Assembly: GCA_963681965.1 (NCBI GenBank)
Contig: OY820579.1
Coordinates: 832,001-896,000 of the forward strand
Source of the DNA: a bacterium
GTDB taxonomy: Bacteria; Electryoneota; JAOADG01
Length of the DNA stretch: 64,000 nt
Reading direction: 5' to 3'
Shown: one piece after another, positions 1 through 10,310 of the stretch
Position numbering within the stretch: position 1 is the stretch's first letter
Layout of the letters: each line of letters begins with the position of its first letter
The notes under the pieces: model-generated
The model's input: only the letters and a program-made list of their open reading frames with translations
Database searches by the model: none
What the model was told of the DNA's origin: nothing
Program-made: the position numbers and the translations under genes

Positions 1-165
1 GCAGATGGTTCGCCTCGACCCCGAACCATGAAAGATCACACTCGCGAAATAGTAGTTCGTACACTGGAAGAATGCGGAGGCAACCGCACACGCACTGCCG
101 AAGTTCTAGATGTTTCGCTCCGCTGGTTGCACTACAAATTGAACGAATGGAAAATTGACGTCTGA
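1..165 (+). CDS. 3' end of a sigma-54-dependent transcriptional regulator (Fis-type HTH), partial at window edge
   Basis: Frame 1 reads ...TMKDHTREIVVRTLEECGGNRTRTAEVLDVSLRWLHYKLNEWKIDV*, the L..xxGNrt.aA..LgisrrtL..Kl Fis HTH pattern. Its stop overlaps the kinase TTG start. Confidence 0.8.
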   Translation, partial: ADGSPRPRTMKDHTREIVVRTLEECGGNRTRTAEVLDVSLRWLHYKLNEWKIDV

Positions 166-1912
166 TACGGAGCAATTCTCACGGGTAGAACCGATCGGAA
201 CATTAGGCGGTTACGAATTACTGGAAATCTTATCCCGGTCGATCGTAACAACGGTGTATCGTGGTTGGCAACCGTCGCTGAACCGACCGGTTTTGATCAA
301 ACAACTCCACCCACAATTGGCGGCGGAGAAAGACATTCGCGCTCGATTTGAGCGCGAAGCCCGGGTTATTGCCAAAGTCCATCAAGACAATATTGTAAAC
401 ATCTACGATTTCAGCGCCTCTCCCGAAGCGGTCTTCCTCGTTTTGGAATGGGTCGAAGGATATAACCTCAGCCAGATCTTCAAGCGCGGCGGCAACCTCC
501 CGGCTCCAATCGCCAGTCTGATATTGCTAGAAATTCTCAAGGGTCTCGAAGTTGCTCACAACTACGAAGTAATTCACCGCGACATTAAACCAGAAAATAT
601 CCTTGTCAGTAAAGATGGTCGGATCAAAATCTCCGATTTCGGATTGGCGCTGTTTAAAGATTCACCCTCAATCACGCAACAAGGCATGGTTATCGGTACC
701 CCGTCATTTATGGCACCCGAGACGATTACCGGCGGTCTGGTCGACGCACGTACCGATTTATTCGCACTTGGCGCATCATTCTACGAATTATTGACCGGCG
801 AACGCATCTTCTCCGGAAACACGTTTTCTGAAAGCTTGCATTTAGTACTGAACAAACAACCGGATAAACCTTCTAGTAAAATTCGCGAGATTCCACCGGA
901 AATTGATAAACTGGTGATGCGAATGCTGGAAAAAGATTCCCGGCGACGATTTTCGAATGCTGCCGATGTGACCAAGCAGATGCACTCGATTCTGGCAACT
1001 TACAACTGGCCGGATAATCCACAACTAATTAAAGATTATATCGCCGACCCAGCTGGTTTTCGGTTACCGAAGCCGGTTCGATCGCCATTACGTAAAAGCA
1101 AACGATTCGTGATTTGGGGAGTGGTCTTGCTATTAGTAACGGCGGTTGCAATTATATTTCACAACTATTACCAGCGATTTGGCACTGGTATAAACGCGAT
1201 TGTGGCTGATTCTACGACTACTGTGAAACAGGATACAACATCCCAATCGATTGTGAACGATTCATTAAAAGAGATTACTTCAAAACCGGATCAACCGGTA
1301 ACACCGACTCCAGTTAAGCCACGCGATTCGATTAATCAAGCAACAAAAAATAATAATAAAGCTCCAGATTCTGGAAAGTCGGAAAAGAACGTTGCGACTA
1401 TCCCGGTGACGCCCAAACCGCTACCAAAAGTGAAGCCAGAGAAGCAAGTCGTCCCAGTTCCCCAACCACCGGTCGCAGCAAACGGTTTTTTGCGAATTTC
1501 CAGCACCCCGTGGGCAGTAGTGGAATGCAACGGGATCCGCGAAACATTGCCAATCAATCATTCATTGGAACTACCATCGGGTGAGCAAACGCTGGTCTTC
1601 AGTAACCCAAAATTTCCACGGATTGTTAAACGTGTGAATGTCGTGCCAAGCGAGACGACGAAAATCCACATAAATTTGTGGAGTGAAGTGGGTGCCATTC
1701 GAATCGGATCGATCCTGCCTTGGGCAGACATATATATTGAAGGGGTAAAAGTGGCGAGTACCCCGATCGCCGATCCAATTCCTGTGAAACCCGGCGACGT
1801 GACCGTGAAACTAGTAAATCCGAAATATCCACCCCATCAAATTCAACTCCATCTCGAACCGAATGAATCCTCCCCAAGGATTCAATGGGATTTCGAAAAT
1901 CCAACACCTTGA
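155..1912 (+). CDS. Hanks-type Ser/Thr protein kinase with TM helix, Pro-rich linker and C-terminal PEGA-like domains
   Basis: VLIK, RFEREA, HRDIKPEN, DFG, GTPSFMAPE and DLFALG motifs; TM FVIWGVVLLLVTAVAIIF; GFLRISSTPWAVV and SILPWADIYIEG PEGA-like repeats. Confidence 0.93.
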   Translation: MTSDTEQFSRVEPIGTLGGYELLEILSRSIVTTVYRGWQPSLNRPVLIKQLHPQLAAEKDIRARFEREARVIAKVHQDNIVNIYDFSASPEAVFLVLEWVEGYNLSQIFKRGGNLPAPIASLILLEILKGLEVAHNYEVIHRDIKPENILVSKDGRIKISDFGLALFKDSPSITQQGMVIGTPSFMAPETITGGLVDARTDLFALGASFYELLTGERIFSGNTFSESLHLVLNKQPDKPSSKIREIPPEIDKLVMRMLEKDSRRRFSNAADVTKQMHSILATYNWPDNPQLIKDYIADPAGFRLPKPVRSPLRKSKRFVIWGVVLLLVTAVAIIFHNYYQRFGTGINAIVADSTTTVKQDTTSQSIVNDSLKEITSKPDQPVTPTPVKPRDSINQATKNNNKAPDSGKSEKNVATIPVTPKPLPKVKPEKQVVPVPQPPVAANGFLRISSTPWAVVECNGIRETLPINHSLELPSGEQTLVFSNPKFPRIVKRVNVVPSETTKIHINLWSEVGAIRIGSILPWADIYIEGVKVASTPIADPIPVKPGDVTVKLVNPKYPPHQIQLHLEPNESSPRIQWDFENPTP

Positions 1913-2041
1913 TCCGGGAACCAACGAGTTTGTTCGAGCGTAATATTTTATCGGGTTCTTCGATTCTTCTTGAGATATGCTTATTTTGGGTAGCATATAC
2001 AGCAATCGCATGTCCCAGAAGGAAACTCAAATAATCTCGAT

Positions 2042-3148
2042 ATGAACAAACGTTTTCGCATCCTGGTCGTTGACGATGAACCCGAAGTTCGAAGTGTCCT
2101 GAAGGAATTTCTGACTTCACTCGGCTACGAGATTGAGACCGCGTCGGATGGTTTCGAGGCGTGTCACAAGATCGATTTGGATATCGATCTCGTGTTGCTC
2201 GACCTGATGATGCCGGGTATGGATGGTTACGAAGTCTTGCGAACGATTCGTGCCAATCCACTTCATTCCGAGTTGCCGATCGTGGTTGTCACGGCAATTA
2301 CCGGTGTGCGTGAGCGTGTGATTGCACTCGAAGCCGGTGCCAGCGATTTTTTATCGAAACCGATCGAATTCACCGAATTGCGGGCTCGCGTCGCAAGTCT
2401 GTTGAAAATGAAGCAGGCGTTCGACCAAGTGAAGGGACATCGGGAAGAATTAGCGGCGACGGTTGCCAATCGAACGGCTCTTTTAATGCGCGCGATCGAC
2501 GATGCGGTATCGGCGGAGCGTCGATTACAGGAAGCACAACTCGAAACCATTCATCGATTGGTGCTGGCAACGGAATACCGTGATCGCGATACTGCCGGGC
2601 ATATTACTAGAATGAGTCATTTTTCGGCGATGCTAGCGCGATTGAAGGGTTTGGAATCAAGCGATATCAAACTGATTCTGCAGGCGAGTCCGATGCACGA
2701 TATTGGGAAAATATCGACACCGAACGAGATCTTGCTGAAACCCGGAAAATTGGATCCGGATGAGTGGAAGGTGATGCAGCAACATACGATTGTAGGGGCG
2801 CAGATGCTTACTCAATCGTCGTCGAAATTGTTGCAGGTCGGTGAAACGATCGCTTTGCACCATCACGAACGGTGGGATGGTAACGGATATCCGAACGGTA
2901 TTCAGGGGGAACAAATACCCTTGCATGCGCGGATTTGTTCGATTGCCGACGTATTCGATGCATTAACATCGGTACGACCCTATAAACCGGCGTTTTCGAA
3001 CGATAAATCGCTCGAGATTATTCAGCGGAATGCCGGTGGGCATTTCGATCCCGAGCTGGTTCAGATTTTCATCGAGAATATTCCCGAGATTGAAGCCATT
3101 CAAAATGCTGCACGGGAAATGTTCGCATTATCCAACCCGGTTCGATAA
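2042..3148 (+). CDS. Response regulator with HD-GYP c-di-GMP phosphodiesterase domain (RpfG family)
   Basis: Receiver ILVVDD...LLDLMMPGMDG...FLSKP; MHDIGK and HHERWDGNGYP; ADVFDALTSVRPYK. Confidence 0.95.
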   Translation: MNKRFRILVVDDEPEVRSVLKEFLTSLGYEIETASDGFEACHKIDLDIDLVLLDLMMPGMDGYEVLRTIRANPLHSELPIVVVTAITGVRERVIALEAGASDFLSKPIEFTELRARVASLLKMKQAFDQVKGHREELAATVANRTALLMRAIDDAVSAERRLQEAQLETIHRLVLATEYRDRDTAGHITRMSHFSAMLARLKGLESSDIKLILQASPMHDIGKISTPNEILLKPGKLDPDEWKVMQQHTIVGAQMLTQSSSKLLQVGETIALHHHERWDGNGYPNGIQGEQIPLHARICSIADVFDALTSVRPYKPAFSNDKSLEIIQRNAGGHFDPELVQIFIENIPEIEAIQNAAREMFALSNPVR

Positions 3149-3312
3149 CGCGCCGGTTGTTGGAATCAAAATCTTAGTATACTTGATGTTGTATGTTGTA
3201 CTTCGCTCGACGGCAAATCGTCGTACTAATGACGGTGCCGACCTGTGAGCGAAGAGCGCTGATCGTATGCCCCTTGCAGGGTATATTAGTTCAACGATGA
3301 CGGGACCAAACT

Positions 3313-4272
3313 ATGATCAATATTAGCAACCTCGTAAAAAAATACGGTTCGTTTGCCGCAGTGGACGATATCAACTTCACTGTCGAACGGGGCGAGATTG
3401 TCGGTTTTCTGGGACCAAACGGAGCCGGTAAAACGACAACCATGAAAATGATCACCTGCTATATGTTGCCGACTTCCGGAACGATTTCAGTCGACGGTAT
3501 GGATGTGGCACGGCAATCGCTCGAAGTGCGTCGGAAAATCGGGTATATGCCGGAATCGGCACCGCTTTATCTCGACCTGAACGTCGTCGAATACCTGAAA
3601 TTGGCGGCGGAACTTCGTGGTGTGCCGAAAGATCGTCGCACTGTCCGGGTGAAAGAAATGGTCGAAGTGTGCAACCTTGGCGAAATGATTCGCAAACGTG
3701 TCGGCGAACTCTCGAAAGGTTTCCGACAGCGCCTGTGCCTCGCTCAATCGCTGATCCACGATCCCGAAATTCTGATTCTCGACGAACCGACTGTCGGTCT
3801 CGACCCGAATCAGATCGTGGAAATTCGATCGCTGATTAAGAAGCTGGGACAACGCAAGACGGTTATTCTTTCGACGCACATCTTGCCCGAAGTAGAAGCG
3901 ACTTGCGGTCGTATTGTCATTATTCATCGCGGTAAGATTGTCGCCGACGGTGCCACCGAGGATATCGTCGCACAATTCTCCGGATCGAGTCTGATCACGA
4001 TCGAATTCGCGCTTCCGACACCGCAGGCAGTCGATATGCTTCGACAGCAATCGAATATCGCTACGGTTCGGGAAGTTGGAAATGTTGCGGGTGGCGGCTG
4101 GCAATTGCGGATCGAAGGGCGCGAAGGACGAGATGTCCGACACGACCTGTTCCGGATGGCAGCGCAGAATGATTGGCCATTGATCGAGTTGCGTCGCGAA
4201 GGCGCTTCGCTCGAAAATGTCTTCCAGTCGTTGACCAGCGACACCGTGTCGCAGAAAACGAAAGCAGCGTAA
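3313..4272 (+). CDS. ABC-2 type transporter ATP-binding protein (GldA-like)
   Basis: Walker A GPNGAGKTT, signature LSKGFRQR, Walker B ILILDEPTVGLDP, STH loop. Confidence 0.93.
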   Translation: MINISNLVKKYGSFAAVDDINFTVERGEIVGFLGPNGAGKTTTMKMITCYMLPTSGTISVDGMDVARQSLEVRRKIGYMPESAPLYLDLNVVEYLKLAAELRGVPKDRRTVRVKEMVEVCNLGEMIRKRVGELSKGFRQRLCLAQSLIHDPEILILDEPTVGLDPNQIVEIRSLIKKLGQRKTVILSTHILPEVEATCGRIVIIHRGKIVADGATEDIVAQFSGSSLITIEFALPTPQAVDMLRQQSNIATVREVGNVAGGGWQLRIEGREGRDVRHDLFRMAAQNDWPLIELRREGASLENVFQSLTSDTVSQKTKAA

Positions 4273-4347
4273 TTTTGCAACCGGCATCGAGTGTAAGTAC
4301 GAAGTCGGTACTTGCATCTTTCGAGTGCACATAACGAATGGTGAACT

Positions 4348-5055
4348 ATGAATAATGTTATTCCCCTTATGCGAAAGGAGTTGAAAACCTATTTCAACTC
4401 GCCGATTGCATACGTTGTAATCGGAGTCTTTCTGCTGGTTTCGGGGTGGTTCGTTTCGTCGAACATGTTCTTAGCGGGAACTGCCGATTTGCGCGTGTTT
4501 TTCCAAATCGCACCGCTGATTTTCATGTTTTTCGCGCCAGCCATCACGATGCGTCTGATCAGTGAAGAGAAGAAAACCGGAACGATCGAACTGTTAGTCA
4601 CGATGCCGATTCGCGACGAAGAGATCATTCTCGGTAAATTCTTGGCGGCATTGGTACTGCTCGCAACAGCTTTGCTGTTTACTTTACCGTTTGTCATTTT
4701 TCTGGTGTTTCTGGGCGATGTCGACAAGGGTCCGTTGATCGGCGGCTACGTCGGTTTGCTTTTTATGGGCGGTGCATACCTCGCGATCGGTTTGCTTGGT
4801 AGCTCATTGACTGAGAACCAAGTGGTCGCGTTTATCGTCGGACTAGGGATTTCGTTCCTCTTTTTCATGTTCGACAAGGTGTTAATGTATGTCCCCCCGT
4901 TCATTGGTGGAATTTTGCAGTATCTGGCGATGGATTACCACTTCGAGAACATCGGACGTGGCGTAATCGACAGCCGGAACGTGATCTACTATGTCAGCTT
5001 GATTGTCGTGATGTTGGCATCCTCGGTTGCGGTGCTGGAAGGACGGAAACGGTAA
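4348..5055 (+). CDS. ABC-2 permease (GldF-like)
   Basis: KELKTYFNSPIAY, PAITMRLISEEKKTGTIELL..P, ILGKF, HFENIGRGVIDSR; about 6 TM helices. Confidence 0.92.
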   Translation: MNNVIPLMRKELKTYFNSPIAYVVIGVFLLVSGWFVSSNMFLAGTADLRVFFQIAPLIFMFFAPAITMRLISEEKKTGTIELLVTMPIRDEEIILGKFLAALVLLATALLFTLPFVIFLVFLGDVDKGPLIGGYVGLLFMGGAYLAIGLLGSSLTENQVVAFIVGLGISFLFFMFDKVLMYVPPFIGGILQYLAMDYHFENIGRGVIDSRNVIYYVSLIVVMLASSVAVLEGRKR

Positions 5056-5056
5056 T

Positions 5057-6631
5057 ATGAACAAACAACAGAATCCGTGGGTACGCGTAGTACTCATCGC
5101 AACGATCTTCGTCGTTGCCAATTTAGTAGCTTACCGACTGTTTATGCGGCTCGATTTAACGTCGAATCACGTCTATACATTAGCGAAAGCATCCAAGGAC
5201 GCCGTCGGTAAACTCGATAAGAAAATGATGATCAAGGCGTATTTTTCGCCGAATTTGCCGGCGCCGTACAATCAGAACGCAAAATATCTTCGCGATCTGC
5301 TCGACGATTATCGCGCGTACAGCAAAGGTAAAATGGAATACCAGTTTGTCGATCCGGGCGCGGAAGAGAAACTGGAAAAGGAAGCGAATAGCAACCAAAT
5401 TCCCCCGGTGCAAGTCGACATTATGCAGAATGACCGCGTCGAAGCCCGCAAAGTGTATATGGGTCTGGTGATTCTGTATGGCGACCAGCGTGAAACGATT
5501 CCAGTCGTGCAATCGTCGACCAACCTTGAATACGATTTGACAATTGCATTTCGCAAGCTGACGATGCAGAAGCAACCGATCGTCGGGTTCGTTACCGATG
5601 GCGGTACACCGCAGATGCAACAGGAATTGCGTCGCCTGTTGGGTTCGATGGAAAAAGGGTACAAGACCCGTCCGATTTCGTTGGCAAGTACGGTTCCGAA
5701 CGATGTCGATCTTCTAGTCATCATTCGACCGAATGGCGCATTCGAATCGAAGCACATTTTCAACCTCGATCAATTCCTAATGAATGGCGGAAAATTGTTG
5801 ATTGCCGCCGGTGCTGCTACTGCCGACTTGCAGCAGGGTACCGCGCGCAAAGTTGAAAATCCGATTTTCAACTGGATGAAATCATGTGGCTTTGGAATCG
5901 AAGATAACCTCGTCGGCGATGCCAAGTGCGGTTTCATTATGGTTACCCAGCAACAGGGATTTTTCCAGTTCCAGAATCAGATCAACTTTCCTTTCTTCCC
6001 GCAAGCGATCAATTTGAACAAATCGTTGCCGATCGTAAAGGATTTGCAGCAGCTCGACCTATTCTTCCCGTCGTCGGTCGATACCGTGTCGGCGAAGTCG
6101 CTCGGTCTGAAGGTGCAGGTCATTGCCAAGTCGACGGCGAAAGCATTGCAGCAGCGCGGTCGGTTCGATATCAATCCGTTGGCACGACGTACCGCAAAAG
6201 ATTTTGCCGAAGGTCCGTTCGCCTTCGCCGCCGCCTTCAGCGGAAAATTCCCGTCGTATTACAAGACTGCTCCAATGCCGTTCGATAGCATTGCCAATAA
6301 ACCACTCGGCGATGCTTCTTACGTCAAAGATTCGAAAGATACCCGCGTCGTCGTGATTGGCGAAGGTAACTTCATCACCGACACGTATCTGCAGAATCCC
6401 GGCAACCGCGCCTTCTTCCTGAACACGATTGACTGGCTGTCGCAAGACGAAAGTCTGTTGGAAATTCGTACGCGCGATGCCACCACCCGTCCGTTGAAGG
6501 ATGTATCCGCCGGTAGCAAATCGGCAATCAAATACGGTCTGATGTTGTCGCCGGTTGCCTTGTTGATCCTGTACGGAATTTGGCGCTGGCAGTCTTCGAA
6601 ACGTCGCAATGTTTGGGAGGATGCGGTATGA
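5057..6631 (+). CDS. GldG-family ABC auxiliary component
   Basis: RLDLTSNHVYTLA, LEYDLT, LDQFLMNGGKL, N..FFLNTIDWL..DESLLEIR; N- and C-terminal TM. The ATG at 5057 directly follows the permease stop, so it is preferred over the ORF-track start 5027. Confidence 0.88.
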   Translation: MNKQQNPWVRVVLIATIFVVANLVAYRLFMRLDLTSNHVYTLAKASKDAVGKLDKKMMIKAYFSPNLPAPYNQNAKYLRDLLDDYRAYSKGKMEYQFVDPGAEEKLEKEANSNQIPPVQVDIMQNDRVEARKVYMGLVILYGDQRETIPVVQSSTNLEYDLTIAFRKLTMQKQPIVGFVTDGGTPQMQQELRRLLGSMEKGYKTRPISLASTVPNDVDLLVIIRPNGAFESKHIFNLDQFLMNGGKLLIAAGAATADLQQGTARKVENPIFNWMKSCGFGIEDNLVGDAKCGFIMVTQQQGFFQFQNQINFPFFPQAINLNKSLPIVKDLQQLDLFFPSSVDTVSAKSLGLKVQVIAKSTAKALQQRGRFDINPLARRTAKDFAEGPFAFAAAFSGKFPSYYKTAPMPFDSIANKPLGDASYVKDSKDTRVVVIGEGNFITDTYLQNPGNRAFFLNTIDWLSQDESLLEIRTRDATTRPLKDVSAGSKSAIKYGLMLSPVALLILYGIWRWQSSKRRNVWEDAV

Positions 6632-7671
6632 AGTGGAATAACCGAACACTAGTGATTGTGCTCGGCGTATTGGCAATCATTCTAATCGCATTGCTGATCA
6701 AAGATCGTAGTGTGAATCGCGCCGATGAAATCTTTTTATCGATCGACAGTGCAAAGGTGACAGAGATTTCCATCAAATCGACGATGGGAAATGCGTTGAT
6801 TCGCAAAGAGGGCAACGAGTGGCGTTTGAAAGAACCAAAAGACGCACCGATGCAGAAGTATCCAATTCAATCGTTGCTGCAGTCGCTTGACACGATGGAA
6901 GTCGAGTATGTCGTAACCGACGAACGGGCAAAGTGGAAAGATTACCAAGTCGACGATTCCAGCGGTGCCCATGTCACTGTGAAAACCGGCAAGGAGACTT
7001 ACCAGTTTATCGTTGGTAGCCTCGGTCCAACTTGGCGACATACTCACATGCGGAAGCAGGACAACGATAAGGTTTATCTTGTGAAAGGGGCAATCCGGTC
7101 GAATATCGTCAAGAATCCCAACGACTGGCGAGATCGAACCGTGTTTATGTTCAATCCCGATTCACTCGGTAAAATGGAAGTATTGTTTCCCGACAAGAAA
7201 GATTGCTACGAACTGGCGAAAGTCGATTCCGAATGGGTTACGACACCGACATCAGGTAAGAAATTTAAGCCCGATGGCAATGCCGTACTCGGAATCGTAA
7301 ATGGCGTGCTCAAGCTATCGATCGGTGAATTTTTATCCGATTCGGCGGCACAGAAAATCGATTGGACGAAACCGTTGGTACGCTTCGCGTTCGAGATGAA
7401 AGATGGCAGTAAACACAATGTCGCTTTCTTCGAAAACGCCGCCAACGCGCAACAGTTTGCGTTCAAAGCCGATGCCAACAGCGAACCGTATGCCACTTGG
7501 AAAGGTTCCTACGATATGATGGCGAAGAAGGCGGAGGATCTCAAACCTGAGGTGGTCGCCAAACGTCAAAAGCGTGAAGCCGAGGGAATGAAGAAAGCTA
7601 AATCCGCTATTGGTAAGCACGACGCCAAAGAACCGAAGGCACCAAAGCCGAATAAAGCAACCTCTAAATAG
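6628..7671 (+). CDS. DUF4340-like periplasmic protein of GldAFG-type operons
   Basis: ATGA overlap with the GldG stop; N-terminal anchor; KVYLV...WRDRTV motif; usual fourth gene of such operons. Confidence 0.75.
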   Translation: MKWNNRTLVIVLGVLAIILIALLIKDRSVNRADEIFLSIDSAKVTEISIKSTMGNALIRKEGNEWRLKEPKDAPMQKYPIQSLLQSLDTMEVEYVVTDERAKWKDYQVDDSSGAHVTVKTGKETYQFIVGSLGPTWRHTHMRKQDNDKVYLVKGAIRSNIVKNPNDWRDRTVFMFNPDSLGKMEVLFPDKKDCYELAKVDSEWVTTPTSGKKFKPDGNAVLGIVNGVLKLSIGEFLSDSAAQKIDWTKPLVRFAFEMKDGSKHNVAFFENAANAQQFAFKADANSEPYATWKGSYDMMAKKAEDLKPEVVAKRQKREAEGMKKAKSAIGKHDAKEPKAPKPNKATSK

Positions 7672-7693
7672 TTCTTAGTATTTAATTATCAAG

Positions 7694-7732
7694 AATCAAC
7701 GGACGTACTAAGGTGCGTCCGTTGATTTATTT
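7694..7732 (+). terminator. Rho-independent terminator
   Basis: AATCAACGGACG-tactaaggtg-CGTCCGTTGATT followed by TATTT. Confidence 0.7.
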
Positions 7733-7786
7733 AGACCCAAAAAACGATTCTGCTCAACCACTCCTGAAAGTAAATCGATAAATCGC

Positions 7787-7814
7787 TCAAGTTATTTCAT
7801 TTACCTGCCGATAT
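7787..7814 (+). promoter_or_regulatory. Putative sigma-28 (FliA-type) promoter
   Basis: TCAAG-N15-GCCGATAT, 26 nt before ATG 7841. The -10 box matches GCCGATA; the spacer is about 1 nt longer than typical. Confidence 0.5.
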
Positions 7815-7840
7815 GAGATTTGGAGGAATTTAGGCAGGCG

Positions 7841-8872
7841 ATGAACATAGCACTCTTAACCAGTGTCATCACTCCGATAACCGCTGTAGATCGGATCAGT
7901 CGGCAACGCCCCGATGTCGATTCGCGCTCGCCCGAAGATTCAAAGTCGATCGGTTCGCAATCCTCCGAAGTTAAACCCGATCAAGTATCGCTTTCCAATA
8001 ATGCCATTGTCCGTGCACAGGGTAGTTCATCTTACCCGGACCACAACCAAACACCCGATCGAACACCCGACAAAAAACCACCAAAGGAACTCTCTTCCGA
8101 AGATCGCGATGCCATTCAAAAAATGAAGCAACGCGATTCGCATGTTCGCGCACATGAAGCTGCTCACCTCGCTGCTGCCGGGAAACTGGCAACTGGTGGC
8201 GCGCAGTACACATATCAAAAAGGTCCCGATGGACAGCAGTACGCGAGTGGTGGAGAAGTGTCAATTGCGGTATCGGAAGGAGATACACCCGAAGAACGGT
8301 TGCAGAGTGCCGAACAGGCGCGTCGTGCGGCATTAGCACCATCGGATCCATCGCCACAGGATCGGTCGGTAGCCAGTGAAGCGACCAGCAATGCGATGCA
8401 AGCGCAGCGGGATATCGCAGAAAAAGCGACTGCAGTCAAAATTCGGGTTGGATCCGATCCAAAAACTGAGAATCATCAGACAAGACAAAAACCCGATTCA
8501 ACGCAACCATCTGATGAGACAAGAACTGAATCGAGCGATATTGTCAATCGCATATTTTCCCGCGAAACGACCGAAGAAAACCGAACGGTTAGTAAGTCTA
8601 ATTCAAGCGGATCGAAGCCATCCGAGGGTGTTACCTTCGAAGCGTATATTGTCGATGCGTCGGGTCGAGTAAGTCCGGCACCTCATCCCGAACAAAGTAT
8701 TGCTCAACCGATTTCTTCTGCTGAATCAAATGTTGTACCGAATAATTCCGCTGTAGTCTCGCCCATCACCGTCACTCCGAAAGAAGCATCGAATATTGCA
8801 CAAGCCTATAGCAATCATTCGATCATCACGGATAGTATCACAAAACGGCTCACGATCGATCTGTTTGCTTAA
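7841..8872 (+). CDS. SprA-related family protein (HExxH putative metalloprotease)
   Basis: RDSHVRAHEAAH...YTYQKGPDGQQYASGGEVSI...RRAALAPSDPSPQDRSVA signature; low-complexity flanks. The TTG at 7820 is an alternative start. Confidence 0.85.
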   Translation: MNIALLTSVITPITAVDRISRQRPDVDSRSPEDSKSIGSQSSEVKPDQVSLSNNAIVRAQGSSSYPDHNQTPDRTPDKKPPKELSSEDRDAIQKMKQRDSHVRAHEAAHLAAAGKLATGGAQYTYQKGPDGQQYASGGEVSIAVSEGDTPEERLQSAEQARRAALAPSDPSPQDRSVASEATSNAMQAQRDIAEKATAVKIRVGSDPKTENHQTRQKPDSTQPSDETRTESSDIVNRIFSRETTEENRTVSKSNSSGSKPSEGVTFEAYIVDASGRVSPAPHPEQSIAQPISSAESNVVPNNSAVVSPITVTPKEASNIAQAYSNHSIITDSITKRLTIDLFA

Positions 8873-8879
8873 AAAATTC

Positions 8880-9512
8880 TTAGCTGGCTGCCGCTTCGAT
8901 TGCCGCGAGCATTGCTCTCTGATCGGTGAGAATTTTTTGCAATACGGGATCTACTGGTAGAATTTCCTTCAATCGTTGTTTGTTCCGTTTTCGCTCGTCG
9001 CGATCGAAGATGACGTAATGCATATTGGCGATCAGTGCAAACTGAAGCAATACACTTGACTCGTCACTACAACTGGCAAAATTGAGAACGATACTGCGTA
9101 GTGCTTCTTTGGGGTTTTCCTTCTCACCGGTTGGTGTCGGGAAATAAACATTGCGGGAGAAAAAAAACAGAAACTTTTCTTTGGACTGAGAGAGATAACC
9201 ATTTGCAATAAGACGATCGCGATAAGAATGATACCATTGAGGAGAGCTACTGTAGCTATGTTCCAGAATTTGATAAATTTTGCCCGGTTTCTTTCGCTGG
9301 TTGATGCCGGTAAGCAACTGGTCCAATAGATTGTCGCCGGTGAAAGAAGTTGTATGTGCAATTAGTTTGTTGTCGACGAGCGCGAGTTGCTTGCGAAGAA
9401 CCAATTCACACAACATAATTGCCGCGGTGTTAATGCTCACACCAGAACAAAAATGCCCTCGATCGCCGAGCAAAAGTATAATGTACTTCTCAGGTAGCGT
9501 TAACACATTCAC
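8880..9512 (-). CDS. GPP34 (Golgi phosphoprotein 3-like) family protein
   Basis: LTLPE...L, A..LCELVL, TGDNLLD..L, RLIANGYL...KFLFFF...YFP pattern. Confidence 0.75.
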   Translation of the reverse strand: MNVLTLPEKYIILLLGDRGHFCSGVSINTAAIMLCELVLRKQLALVDNKLIAHTTSFTGDNLLDQLLTGINQRKKPGKIYQILEHSYSSSPQWYHSYRDRLIANGYLSQSKEKFLFFFSRNVYFPTPTGEKENPKEALRSIVLNFASCSDESSVLLQFALIANMHYVIFDRDERKRNKQRLKEILPVDPVLQKILTDQRAMLAAIEAAAS

Positions 9513-9525
9513 ACCTCGTTCGTTG

Positions 9526-10287
9526 TTACAGCGATAGTTTCCACTCCTCCAGTGTCTTCATCAACGGATAATCGGTCAAATCGAGTTGAAGCGGGGTAAT
9601 GCTAATCCAACCACTCTCGACAATCGTCTCGTCGACATCGTCCGGCTCATCCACCACAAGTTTCTCCGCACCCATCCAGTAATATGTGCGTCCGCGTGGA
9701 TCGACCCGTTTATCGAACAACTCTTCGAACCGCGCTCGTCCTTGCCGACCAACCTTCACCCCTTTGATTTCATGTTCGGGTAGTGCCGGAACGTTGATGT
9801 TCAGTAGAGTAAACGGAGGGAGTGGTCGCGATAGTAACTGTTTGGCAGCAATCAAAGCGAATTTCGCAGCAACCGAAAAATCTTTCGATCGATAACTATT
9901 CAATGAGATTGCAATTGCGGGAAATCCACTGATAGCCCCTTCCGATGCGCCGGAAACCGTGCCGGAATAAATTACATTAAGACCGGTATTGCTACCTTGA
10001 TTGACGCCCGACAGGATAATATCGGGTTTCTCGGTAACGACTTCCTTGAGTGCCATCTTGACGCAATCGGCAGGAGTACCGGTGACCGACCACCCCTTCA
10101 TCCCGTTGCGTTCGTACGACTCGATCCGGAGCGAATCGCTGATCGTGATCGCGTGACCGATTGCCGACATTTCGCGAGATGGTGCCACCACCGTTACTTC
10201 GCCGTATTTACACGCTTCCTGCCAGAGTGCGTAAATTCCCGGGGCATGAATACTATCGTCGTTCGTTAATAAGATTTTCATTATCAC
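9526..10287 (-). CDS. surE: 5'/3'-nucleotidase SurE
   Basis: ILLTNDD, VVAP, GTPADCV, SGVNQGSN, YSGTV, ISITPL. Confidence 0.97.
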   Translation of the reverse strand: MIMKILLTNDDSIHAPGIYALWQEACKYGEVTVVAPSREMSAIGHAITISDSLRIESYERNGMKGWSVTGTPADCVKMALKEVVTEKPDIILSGVNQGSNTGLNVIYSGTVSGASEGAISGFPAIAISLNSYRSKDFSVAAKFALIAAKQLLSRPLPPFTLLNINVPALPEHEIKGVKVGRQGRARFEELFDKRVDPRGRTYYWMGAEKLVVDEPDDVDETIVESGWISITPLQLDLTDYPLMKTLEEWKLSL

Positions 10288-10310
10288 TCGATTTACTTAA
10301 AATGTCTTGC

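Noticed and set aside
3487-4332. 281-aa antisense ORF, and similar long antisense ORFs over gldG, fabF and scoA
   Set aside because: Fully overlap well-supported genes; codon-bias shadows.
3313-7671. Gliding-motility locus
   Set aside because: GldA/F/G-type ABC operons are widespread in non-gliding bacteria, and no gldK-N or spr genes are present here.
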